A DNA stretch of 64,000 nucleotides from a virus: positions 32,001-96,000 of IMG/VR virus record IMGVR_UViG_3300049811_000692; one strand, 5' to 3'. Both the position numbers and the translations under genes were made by a program. How positions within the stretch are numbered: position 1 is the stretch's first letter; the number at the start of each line of letters is the position of its first letter. The notes below the pieces were generated by a model. The model saw only the letters and a program-made list of their open reading frames with translations. It was not told the DNA's origin and searched no databases. Positions 1 to 8,870 of this stretch are shown here, one piece after another.

Positions 1-107
1 CCATGAACGGCTACCGGCTGCGCCCCTGGGAGGTCGAGATGATCGGCATCCTCGATATGGCCTGGCTGGCCGCCATGTCGCCGACCCCAGGAGCGCGGAC
101 CATCTGA
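1..107 (+). CDS. tail assembly chaperone, 3' end (partial)
   Basis: Frame reads ...LRPWEVEMIGILDMAWL...* directly upstream of the tape measure gene; motif typical of gpT-like chaperone C-termini. Confidence 0.6.
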   Translation, partial: MNGYRLRPWEVEMIGILDMAWLAAMSPTPGARTI

Positions 108-147
108 TGGCTGGCGTGGCGGCACGGGATGTCGCCAGCCTGGACCC

Positions 148-3100
148 ATGATCCAGGAAGCCGCCGCCCTTTCCTTCACGATCGACAGCTCCCAGGCCGC
201 CAAGGCCGGCGAGGCGCTGGACCAGCTCACCAAGCAGGCGGGGCTCAGCGCCACCAGCACGAAGGAGCTCGCGGCGCAGGCGCGGGACAGCCAGCTCGCC
301 CTCCAGCAGTTCGCCCAGCAGGCGACGCTGGTCGAGGCGGGGCTGCGCCAGGCCGGCGGCGGGATCGATTACCTGGTGCAGCGCGTGCAGGTGCTCACCC
401 GCGAGATGGGGCTGTTCCAGGCCACGTCGCGGGACATGCAGGTCGCGCTCAACCAGCTCGCCGCGGCGGGGCAGCTGTTCGGCACCACGGCGGGTGGCAT
501 CGAGGCCTTCGCGCGGGTGAGCCGCACGGTCGGGCAGAACTCGATCGAGATGACGCAGTCGCTCCAGCGCATCACCCAGGCGCTCGACGGCGTGACGCTC
601 TCGGGCCAGCGAGCACGCTCGGTGCTGGAGAACTACGGCGTGCAGGTGGAGGGGCGGCCGACTGAGGACGCGGCCGACATCCTCAAGGAGTACGTGGCGG
701 CGCGGCGCCGCTTCCAGCCCGACTCGCGGCGCAACGAGGACGACTGGGCGGTCCTCGGCCCGGTGAGCATCGAGACGCTCGCGGCGATGAACCAGCCGGC
801 CTTCCGCTCGATCGAGCAGGAGCGGCGGTCCATGGAGGACAGCGTCGCGACGCGGCGCGTCCTGGCGCAGCAGGAGGCCACGGCGTCCCGCGAGGCGCGG
901 ACCGGCGTGCGCGCGCAGCAGTACGACGACCTCGCCCAGGAGTTCTACCGCGGCGGCATGGAGCGGTTCCTGCCGGGCTACCGCCCCACGCGCGAGGAGC
1001 TCGAGCGGCGCGCCGAGGCGCCGAACGCGCAGCCGCGCAGCCAGGCCTACACCTTCGAGCAGCGGGCGGACGGCACGGTGGGGACGCGGCGGGACAGCCG
1101 GGCGTCGCGCTACCTCGACGCGGAGGGGCGGCCGCTCACCGGGCCTGAGTACGAGGCGGCGGTGCGCGCGGGGCAGGAGGTTCAGCGCAACCCCGAGTTC
1201 GACATGATGAACCGGGTGATGCAGCCCTTCCGCGAGATGGGGGCGGCGTTCCGCTGGCTCGCCGACCCGCGCTTCGCGGAGAACCAGCGCGAGATCCGGT
1301 CGCGGTTCAATGAGGCGGCGCAGCGGGCCGGCGAAGGGACGGCCGAGGATGTGTGGGCCTTTGCGAGCGGCGAGATGTGGAGCCGCAGCTTCGGCGACAT
1401 GGGCCGCAACCTGCGGGGCAACTACGTGCCCGCGCCGGGCGCGCCGGCGCGCGAGACGTCCTACCGGACAGGTGACCTGCTTCAGCAGACCCGCATCATG
1501 GAGTCGCAGATCGGCCAGTCGCCGATGGAGCTGGCGAACCGGAGCTTCCTGCTTCAGGCGGCGCGGAGCTTCGGGAACATCAACCTGGAGGGCGCCGAAA
1601 CCCTCTCGGCAGAGCAGCTCCTCGCGCGCTTCCCAGACGAGGCCGGCCCGGGGGCGGTAGGCGGCCTCTCGCCGCGCGAGGTGGTCCGGCGCAACCGGGC
1701 GGCGCGCGACAACGCGGCCGTCGCCGACAACGACCGCGCGCGCGACGACCGCGACCTCATGCGCCGCGCGCAGATGGGGCAGATCACCCCGGCCGATCTC
1801 CCGCGCCGCACCGTCACCATTGGCGCCACCGACACCCAGGAGGAGATCAGCCTCGAATCGCTGGGCTTCACCGAGACGTCGAGCGCCCAGGCCCGCCAGC
1901 GCCTCCAGCAGCTCGCCCAGGCGGTGCTGCGCGTGCGCGCCACCATCGAGACCGAGGGCAAGCAGGTCGAGGAGCTGCTCAAGACCCTGGCCGAGGTGGA
2001 TCGCCAGCGCGAGGCCGAGATCGGCCTGCAGGTCGAGGGCACCACGCGCCGGATGGACTTCCGCGAGCGCATGCGTTCGACCCTGACGGACGCCTCGCCC
2101 GGCCGGCAGTTCGAGAACCTCTACCAGTCCACGCGGGCGACGGTGCTGGAGGAGACGGGCAGCCCGATCCTTGCCAACACCCGGGCGCTGGAGGCGCTGA
2201 CCGAGGCCGTCATCCAGATGGAGCGGCTCTACAACCGCATGATCGAGGAGACGCGCCAGGACACGCGCCAGTCGGCCGGCTGGACCAACTTCCTCCTGGG
2301 CGGCCCGCGCCCGGCCTTCGAGGGGACGGACGACCCGAACGACGTGCTGGCGCGCTACGGCGGCGGGGCGGGCGGCCGCGGCGGACCACCGCTCACCGAT
2401 GGCGGGACCGCGGCGGCACCCACCGGTGCGCGCCGGCAGGCGGGCCAGGAGATCGCCGCCGAGCTGCAGGGCTACGGCGTGCCTCGCACGATGGCGGTGG
2501 CCATGGTCGCCCAGGTCGATGTCGAGAGCAGCTTCAACCCGCGCGCGGTGGGCGACAACGGGGCCTCCTACGGCCTCCTCCAGTGGCAGGGCGAACGTCG
2601 CCGCCGCTTCGAGCAGGTGGTCGGCGGCCCCATCGAGCGCAGCACCCGCAGTCAGCAGGTGCAGTTCCTCGCCTATGAGGCGGGCTACCCCGACGCCATC
2701 CCCGGCGCGCCGCCCTCCACCGAGGCGCGCAACACCGAGTCCGCTCGGCGGGAAACGGTGCCGGATCGCGCGGCCGCCGCGCTCAGCCGCGACTTCGTGC
2801 GCCCGTTTAAGGTCTATGAGGAGCAGGTGACCCGCGGCCGCCGGGCGAACGCCTGGAACACGGTGATCCCCGACGAAGGGGCGGACCCTGCGCGCGTCGG
2901 CCCCGTCAACCTCGTCGTGCGCCTGCCCGGCGAGGTCGAGCCGCGCGAGCGGCTGGGCCGCGAGGCGGGGGTGGCGCTTCCCCTGCCGCCGCCGCCGCGG
3001 CCGCCCGCGGCGGGACCCGGCCAGCAGCTCCGGGAGCGATGGGAGGAATCGAACTTCGGCCCGATGGCCGACCGGCAGGAGGCGCAGGATCCGGCGACGG

Positions 3101-5604
3101 TGCCCCCGTCGCGCCGGCCCATGAGCTTCGGAGAGTTCCTGTCGCTCGGCATCCGGACCTCGCCGCGGCCGGCGGCCGCCGCGCCCCCGACGCCGCTCTC
3201 TTCGCTCCTGCCGGGCTTCATCGGCTCGGCGGCGGCGGCGACGCTCGACGGGGGAGAGCCCATCGTCATCGCGCGCGGCCCCGCGCCCCGCCCCGCGCCG
3301 CCGGTCCCGACCTTCCCGCGGCTCGAGCCGGCGCCGCGTCCGGCCGACACGCTGATCGCGCCACCTCCGCCCCCGGCGCCGCCGCGCCCCGCGCCGCCCG
3401 TGGCCGCGCAGCCGAGCGGCGGCGCGCTTCTGGACCGCCTCGGGCTCGACATGGGGGTGCCGGTGCTGGCGACGCCCGCAGGCCCGCCGCCGACGCTGCC
3501 GCTCACCCTCCCGGGGCTCCCGCCCCAGCCGCGCCGCTCGGTGGCGGCCGACCCCGGCGTGCGGCCGAACAGCCCGCTCCTCGCCGATCTCCGAGGCGTC
3601 GCCCCGGCGGCGCCGCCGCCCCCGCCCGCGCTGACCCCGAGCATGGACCCGCCGGCGCGCCGGGATACGGGCGTGCCGCCCGTCGCCTGGCCCTCGCTCA
3701 CGTCGCCGGCCGCGCTGCCCGTGCCGCCACCGCCCGCCCCGGCGCCCCGCGCCCCGGACCCGCTGTTCGATTCTCGGTCCTGGTCGCCTCCCGCCCCGGT
3801 GCCCGCGACGCCGATCGTCACCCCCGAAGCGGTGGCCCTGCCGCAACGCGGCGGCTGGACCTCCATGACGCGGCCGGCGCCGATCCCGAACAACACGCCC
3901 TTCGATCAAGGGTTGGACCGCCAGGCCGCGCAGCTGGGCGCCGCGCGCGCCCTGGATGCGGCACAGCAGGCCGAGGCGCAGGCGCAGGAGCGGACCCGCC
4001 GCTTCGAGCAGTCGATCCAGCTCGACCTGCCAGAGACGCCGCTGCGGATCGGACGCTTCGAGCCCCCAGGCCGCTACCGCGCGACGCGACCCAACGCGGT
4101 CGGCGTGCCCGAGATCGAGATCGTCCAGCCGCGCCAGGGCCGACCGCTGGGACCTCAGTCGGGCGACGTGACCGAGCTGCCCCCGGAGCGCGCCGTTGGG
4201 CGAGGCGGCGGCGGCGCGCCGGCACGCCCGAGCTACGACTTCGCCGCGGTCGAGGAGTTCGTGCGCTCGGGCCGCCCCGTCAGCCGCGACCGCCTGGCCG
4301 ACTACGAGCTGCAGCGCCGCGTCGGCGGCCAGGTTCAGGCGGTGGCCGGACTGACCGGCGAGCAGCGCGAGGGTCTGTTCGCCGAACGCCTTCAGCAGGA
4401 GGCGGCCCGCTCGCTGGAAGCCTTCGTGCAGCAGCTCGTCCGGGGCAACGCGGCTCAGGAGGACGCGATCAAGGTCATCGGCGCGCGCAGCGAGGCCGAG
4501 CGCGAGGCGATGACGGCGACCAACCAGGCGCGCCAGCAGGCCGAGACGCTGCGCGCCAACGCCCGCGCGCTGCCTGAAGGGAGCGCCGCGCGCGGGGCGC
4601 TGGAGGCCGCGGCCGGGGATCTCGAGCCGCGCGCACGCCGCCAGGTGTTCAACCGCCAGATCGCCCGCGCGGACGCGCGGATCGGCGAGCAGGAAGAAGA
4701 CCTGCAGGACGCCCGGGCGCTCGGGGATGCGTGGTTCATGACCAACACCGAGCGAGCGCGCCTCGCTGGGCGGCTGGGGGCGCGCCGGCAGGCCGAGCGG
4801 ACCATCATCGCCGGCGAGGACGACGGGGCGCGCGGGCAGCGCATCCTGCGCGCCGAGGAGGTGGCGGGCGCGCGCTCGGCCATGGACGAGCTCGAGCGGC
4901 AAAACCGGCTGGTCCGCGACTCCTTCCTCGACATCAACAGCGCCGCCGGCGCGGCGCTCAGCCAGATCATCGTGCGGGGCGGGAACGCCAAGCAGGTGAT
5001 GGCGGCGGTCCTGGCCGACTTCGCCTCCATGGGCATCCGCCGCGCCACCGCCTCGCTCGGCGAGGAGGCATTCTCGGCCATCGGCAAGCTGATCACCGGC
5101 CGCAGCGCAGATGGGCCGGCGCGAGGCGGCTTCGACGGCAGCGTCGCCTCCGCGGCGGCCGTCGCGGGCGGCGCGACCGAGAGCGCGGCCAGCGGCGCGA
5201 CCAGCCTGATCGGCACCGCGCTTTCCAGCATCGGCAGCCTCTTCGGCTTCGCGCAGGGTGGCGTGATCCGCCCCATGGCCCAGGGGGACATCCTCTTCGC
5301 GCCGACCTACAAGGCGATGGCCAACGGCGACACGGCGCTCATGGCCGAGGCCGGCCCCGAGGCGGTGCTGCCCCTGCGCCGAGACGCGAACGGCAACCTC
5401 GGCGTGGTCGCCGCCGGCGGCGGCGGCGGCGGGAACGTCATCAACATCACCGTCCAGGGCGGCAGCCGCGGCCCGGCGCAGGACCGCGAGCAGGCCGCCG
5501 CGATCGCCGACGCGGTGACCCGCGCGCTTGATGAGCGCCAGCGCCAGACCATGTTCGAGGAGATGCGGGTGGGGGGCATGTTCAACCCGCTCCATGGCGG
5601 GTGA
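148..5604 (+). CDS. tail tape measure protein with internal lysozyme-like domain and Pro-rich segment
   Basis: 1818 aa, Ala/Gln/Arg-rich helical; VESSFNPRAVGDNGASYGLLQW (phage tail lysozyme-like); C-terminal FAQGG...MAEAGPEAVLPL motif of lambda-type TMPs; followed by gpM/L/K/I/J. Confidence 0.9.
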   Translation: MIQEAAALSFTIDSSQAAKAGEALDQLTKQAGLSATSTKELAAQARDSQLALQQFAQQATLVEAGLRQAGGGIDYLVQRVQVLTREMGLFQATSRDMQVALNQLAAAGQLFGTTAGGIEAFARVSRTVGQNSIEMTQSLQRITQALDGVTLSGQRARSVLENYGVQVEGRPTEDAADILKEYVAARRRFQPDSRRNEDDWAVLGPVSIETLAAMNQPAFRSIEQERRSMEDSVATRRVLAQQEATASREARTGVRAQQYDDLAQEFYRGGMERFLPGYRPTREELERRAEAPNAQPRSQAYTFEQRADGTVGTRRDSRASRYLDAEGRPLTGPEYEAAVRAGQEVQRNPEFDMMNRVMQPFREMGAAFRWLADPRFAENQREIRSRFNEAAQRAGEGTAEDVWAFASGEMWSRSFGDMGRNLRGNYVPAPGAPARETSYRTGDLLQQTRIMESQIGQSPMELANRSFLLQAARSFGNINLEGAETLSAEQLLARFPDEAGPGAVGGLSPREVVRRNRAARDNAAVADNDRARDDRDLMRRAQMGQITPADLPRRTVTIGATDTQEEISLESLGFTETSSAQARQRLQQLAQAVLRVRATIETEGKQVEELLKTLAEVDRQREAEIGLQVEGTTRRMDFRERMRSTLTDASPGRQFENLYQSTRATVLEETGSPILANTRALEALTEAVIQMERLYNRMIEETRQDTRQSAGWTNFLLGGPRPAFEGTDDPNDVLARYGGGAGGRGGPPLTDGGTAAAPTGARRQAGQEIAAELQGYGVPRTMAVAMVAQVDVESSFNPRAVGDNGASYGLLQWQGERRRRFEQVVGGPIERSTRSQQVQFLAYEAGYPDAIPGAPPSTEARNTESARRETVPDRAAAALSRDFVRPFKVYEEQVTRGRRANAWNTVIPDEGADPARVGPVNLVVRLPGEVEPRERLGREAGVALPLPPPPRPPAAGPGQQLRERWEESNFGPMADRQEAQDPATVPPSRRPMSFGEFLSLGIRTSPRPAAAAPPTPLSSLLPGFIGSAAAATLDGGEPIVIARGPAPRPAPPVPTFPRLEPAPRPADTLIAPPPPPAPPRPAPPVAAQPSGGALLDRLGLDMGVPVLATPAGPPPTLPLTLPGLPPQPRRSVAADPGVRPNSPLLADLRGVAPAAPPPPPALTPSMDPPARRDTGVPPVAWPSLTSPAALPVPPPPAPAPRAPDPLFDSRSWSPPAPVPATPIVTPEAVALPQRGGWTSMTRPAPIPNNTPFDQGLDRQAAQLGAARALDAAQQAEAQAQERTRRFEQSIQLDLPETPLRIGRFEPPGRYRATRPNAVGVPEIEIVQPRQGRPLGPQSGDVTELPPERAVGRGGGGAPARPSYDFAAVEEFVRSGRPVSRDRLADYELQRRVGGQVQAVAGLTGEQREGLFAERLQQEAARSLEAFVQQLVRGNAAQEDAIKVIGARSEAEREAMTATNQARQQAETLRANARALPEGSAARGALEAAAGDLEPRARRQVFNRQIARADARIGEQEEDLQDARALGDAWFMTNTERARLAGRLGARRQAERTIIAGEDDGARGQRILRAEEVAGARSAMDELERQNRLVRDSFLDINSAAGAALSQIIVRGGNAKQVMAAVLADFASMGIRRATASLGEEAFSAIGKLITGRSADGPARGGFDGSVASAAAVAGGATESAASGATSLIGTALSSIGSLFGFAQGGVIRPMAQGDILFAPTYKAMANGDTALMAEAGPEAVLPLRRDANGNLGVVAAGGGGGGNVINITVQGGSRGPAQDREQAAAIADAVTRALDERQRQTMFEEMRVGGMFNPLHGG

Positions 5605-5670
5605 GCGCTTGACCAAGCGGCGCCTCGCGCCGCCATCGTGGGGTGACCCCATGGAAGCGGCCAAGCCCCG

Positions 5671-6108
5671 ATGACCGTCTCGACCAACGGCGGCCTCGTC
5701 ACCATCAGCGGCGACGGGGTCGCCACCTGGACCGGCAACACCCCCATCACCATCGGTGGCCAGCCGGTCTGGACGCCGCCGGTCGCGCCCGACCCGCCCG
5801 TGATGATGGACGAGACTCCGGCAGCGAACCGCTTCTCCTTCGGAGACGGCTACAGCCAGGACGCGCCCCGCGGCCTCAACTCGATCCCGTCCAAGGTCAC
5901 GATCTCGTTCTCGAACCTCTACACCTCGGACAAGGACGCCATCCTCCAGTTCCTTCGCGCACGGAAGGGCGTCGAGCCGTTCTGGTGGCAGCAGCCGAAC
6001 GAGCAGATGCGGCGCTGGGTCTCGCCCTCCTGGAACGTCGAGCAGCAGGGCTGGGATCGCTGGCGCGTCACCGCGCGCATCGAGCGCAGCGTGAAGCCGG
6101 GCACCTGA
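5671..6108 (+). CDS. lambda gpM-like distal tail protein
   Basis: FSFGDGYSQDAPRGLN...FLRARKGVEPFWW motif; position after TMP. Confidence 0.85.
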   Translation: MTVSTNGGLVTISGDGVATWTGNTPITIGGQPVWTPPVAPDPPVMMDETPAANRFSFGDGYSQDAPRGLNSIPSKVTISFSNLYTSDKDAILQFLRARKGVEPFWWQQPNEQMRRWVSPSWNVEQQGWDRWRVTARIERSVKPGT

Positions 6109-6109
6109 C

Positions 6110-7381
6110 ATGGTCGTCTATCGCAACCGGCGGGCCCAGGAGCTCGCGGCCGAGGAGCTGATCGACCTCTACGAGCTCGACGCGAGCAAGTACGGGGGCG
6201 GGCTGCGCTACTGGACCGCCGGCCCGATGGGCGAGGGCGCGCTGAACCTGTGCTGGAACGCGCAGACGAATGTCTCGGCGGCGGGGTGGTCGGCGAACGG
6301 GACGCCCGCCTACTTCGGCCCGGCCCGCCTCGATTCGATCGGCTCCAGCTACGTCTTCCAGCCGGGCAACCTTGCGGCGCGGTGGTCCTCCATCCCCGCC
6401 GACGTGTTCTACCGCGCGAGCTGGCTCGAGGAGACCAACATCGCGCCCGGGATGTGGGCGCAGGCGAGTGCCTTCGTGGCCGTCCACCGGGCCCGCATTC
6501 GCGTGACCATCGAGTTCCTCCAGGGCGGCTCGGTCATCCAGACGGCGAGCTCCCCCATCCTGCGATGGCCGAACAACGGCATGGGCACCAATTTCACTGA
6601 GCTGCGGCTGTACACGCCGCTCTTCGTGGAGGCGGTCGCCCCGGCGGGCGCCGAGAAGGTGCGCTTCTGCGTCGAGGTGAGCGGCCCAAACGCCGGCTCG
6701 GTGGGCACCAACTCCTACGCCTGGTTCACGCAGCCGGTCTTCGCGATCACGCCCATGCAGGTGAAGCGCGCCCTGGCCTTCACGCCGGGCACGAAAGGCA
6801 GCCAGGTCCGCTTCAACGGCATCACCTATCAGCCCGTGCCGGTGCGGCTCGAGGGGCTCCAGAAGCGCGGCCGCGGCCCCGTCCCGCGCCTCACCGTCGT
6901 GGTGCCGGACGTGGACAAGCTGATGACCATGCTGCTCGCCACTTACGGCAACCTGCTCGGCTGCAAGATCACCCGCCGCCAGGTGTTCCGCTCGGCGCTC
7001 GACGACGGCGAGAACGCCGACCCGACCGACTTCTTCGGGCCCGAGATCTTCTACATCGACCGGATCGTGCGCCACTCGCCCGGCCAGGAGGTCGTCATCG
7101 AGTGCGCCTCGCCCCTCGACATTCAGGGGACGATGCTGCCGGGGCGGCAGATGGTCCGCGACGTGTGCAGCCACACCTACCGGCTCTGGAACGGCGCGAC
7201 CTTCGCCTATGGCTCCTGCCCCTACGCCGGCGGGGCCATGTTCCGCGCCGACAACTCCGTGACGGGGTCGGTCGCGGAGGACCGCTGCGCCAAGAGCCTC
7301 AACGCCTGCCGGCTGCGCTTCGGGACGTCGGCGCCGCTGCCGTTCCGCGGCTTCCCCGGCATGGGACGGAGCCGCCTCTGA
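6110..7381 (+). CDS. lambda gpL-like minor tail protein with large internal insertion
   Basis: IDLYELDAS N-terminus, FNGITYQPVP, and C-terminal Fe-S cysteines (C..Y...C.Y...DRCAKSLNACRLRFG...FRGFPG). Confidence 0.9.
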   Translation: MVVYRNRRAQELAAEELIDLYELDASKYGGGLRYWTAGPMGEGALNLCWNAQTNVSAAGWSANGTPAYFGPARLDSIGSSYVFQPGNLAARWSSIPADVFYRASWLEETNIAPGMWAQASAFVAVHRARIRVTIEFLQGGSVIQTASSPILRWPNNGMGTNFTELRLYTPLFVEAVAPAGAEKVRFCVEVSGPNAGSVGTNSYAWFTQPVFAITPMQVKRALAFTPGTKGSQVRFNGITYQPVPVRLEGLQKRGRGPVPRLTVVVPDVDKLMTMLLATYGNLLGCKITRRQVFRSALDDGENADPTDFFGPEIFYIDRIVRHSPGQEVVIECASPLDIQGTMLPGRQMVRDVCSHTYRLWNGATFAYGSCPYAGGAMFRADNSVTGSVAEDRCAKSLNACRLRFGTSAPLPFRGFPGMGRSRL

Positions 7382-8115
7382 TGTTCGACCGCGCCATCAT
7401 CGACGCCATCAAGGAGCACGCCGCATCCAGCCTGGACCGGGAGGTCTGCGGGCTGGTGACGGCCGCGGGCTACGAGCCGCAGGAGAACCGCCACCCCGAG
7501 CCGGAGATGAACTTCGAGATGGGGCGGGAGGCGGCGGAGCGGATCGCCGCCGGCGAGGTGCTGGCCGTGGTCCACAGCCACACCGAGCGCGGCTACGACC
7601 ACCCTTCGATCATGGACCAGGAGCAGGCGCTCGCCATGGCCGTGCCGTGGGGCCTGTGCATCATCCGCGGCGGCACGCCATCGGAGCCGTTCTTCTGGGG
7701 CGAAGGCGTCCCGCCGCAGCCCTTCCTCCCGCGCGATTTCCGGTGGGGGCCAGAGGGCACCGATGGCCGCGGCGACTGCTTCGCCCTGGTGCGCGCCTGG
7801 TATGCCGCGCGGCGAGGCCTGGTGATCCCCGATGTGCCGCGCGACGAGACCTGGGAGAGCGAAATGCCGGATGCCTACGTGCTGGGCTGGCAGCGCGCGG
7901 GCTTCCAGCGAGTTCCGATCACCGACCTGCAGCCGGGCGACGGGGTGCTCATGGCCATCAACAGCCGGCGCGCCGCCCCGAACCACGCGGGCATCTACCT
8001 CGGGGACGAGATGATCCTCCACCACCTGCTCAACCGCCTGGCCGAGCGGACGCCAATCGGCTTCCTGCACCGCTCGATCGTCGCGTGCCTGCGTCCGCCG
8101 GAGGTCGCCCCATGA
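7381..8115 (+). CDS. lambda gpK-like tail assembly protein (JAB + NlpC/P60)
   Basis: EVCG, VVHSH...PS..D (JAB) and DCFALVR...NHAGIYLG..ILHH (NlpC/P60); ATG overlaps gpL stop. Confidence 0.9.
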   Translation: MFDRAIIDAIKEHAASSLDREVCGLVTAAGYEPQENRHPEPEMNFEMGREAAERIAAGEVLAVVHSHTERGYDHPSIMDQEQALAMAVPWGLCIIRGGTPSEPFFWGEGVPPQPFLPRDFRWGPEGTDGRGDCFALVRAWYAARRGLVIPDVPRDETWESEMPDAYVLGWQRAGFQRVPITDLQPGDGVLMAINSRRAAPNHAGIYLGDEMILHHLLNRLAERTPIGFLHRSIVACLRPPEVAP

Positions 8116-8867
8116 ACACGATCTGCCTCCATGGCGCGCTGCGGAAGCGCTACGGCGCCTCGTTCACGCTCGACGTGAAGACGCCGGCCGAGGCCGTGCG
8201 GGCGCTCGGGGTCCAGCTTCCGGGCTTCCTCGATGCCATCCGGGCGGGCGCGTGGCGCGTGGTGCGCGGCCCCCTGCGCGGCGGGCGCCGGCTGACGCCC
8301 GGCGAGCTCAACGTGAACCTCGGGGGCGAGATGCACATCCTGGCGGCGCCCAAGGGGGCGGGCGGGCGCGGGACGGGCAAGGTGGTGCTGGGGACCGTCC
8401 TGCTGGTCGCGGCGGTGGCGCTGGTCGCGCTGGCGCCGGTGGGCGCTGCGGCCGTCACCGGCGCGGCAGCCGCGGAGGTCGGCGCCATCAGCGGCGCGGG
8501 CCTTGGCACCAGCATCGGCTTCGGGATTGGCGCGGTCTCGGCGGGCAAGATCGCGCTCTTCGGGGCCGCGATGGTCTTCGCCGGCGTCTCCCAGATGCTC
8601 GCGCCGGCCCCCAAGCCGCCGCAGGCCATGGGCCCGTCGCAGCGCGACGAGGGCAGCTACCTCTTCAGCGGCGCGGGCAACACCGGCGTGCAGGGCGGGC
8701 CAGTGCCGCTCCTGTTCGGCAAGACGGTCTGCGGCGGCAAGCTCGTCTCCATGTCGGTGGACGTGGTGGACATCGGCCAGGCGCCGCCCGACGCGCCGGC
8801 CAGCCCGGTCACCGGCGTGGCGTACGGCAGCACCGTGTACGTCCCCTACGAGTACAACGGGGCGTAG
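8112..8867 (+). CDS. lambda gpI-like tail assembly protein
   Basis: ICLHGALRKRYG...TPAEAVRAL, hydrophobic middle, SYLFSG..NT..QGGPVPLLFG. Confidence 0.9.
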   Translation: MNTICLHGALRKRYGASFTLDVKTPAEAVRALGVQLPGFLDAIRAGAWRVVRGPLRGGRRLTPGELNVNLGGEMHILAAPKGAGGRGTGKVVLGTVLLVAAVALVALAPVGAAAVTGAAAAEVGAISGAGLGTSIGFGIGAVSAGKIALFGAAMVFAGVSQMLAPAPKPPQAMGPSQRDEGSYLFSGAGNTGVQGGPVPLLFGKTVCGGKLVSMSVDVVDIGQAPPDAPASPVTGVAYGSTVYVPYEYNGA

Positions 8868-8870
8868 CCG

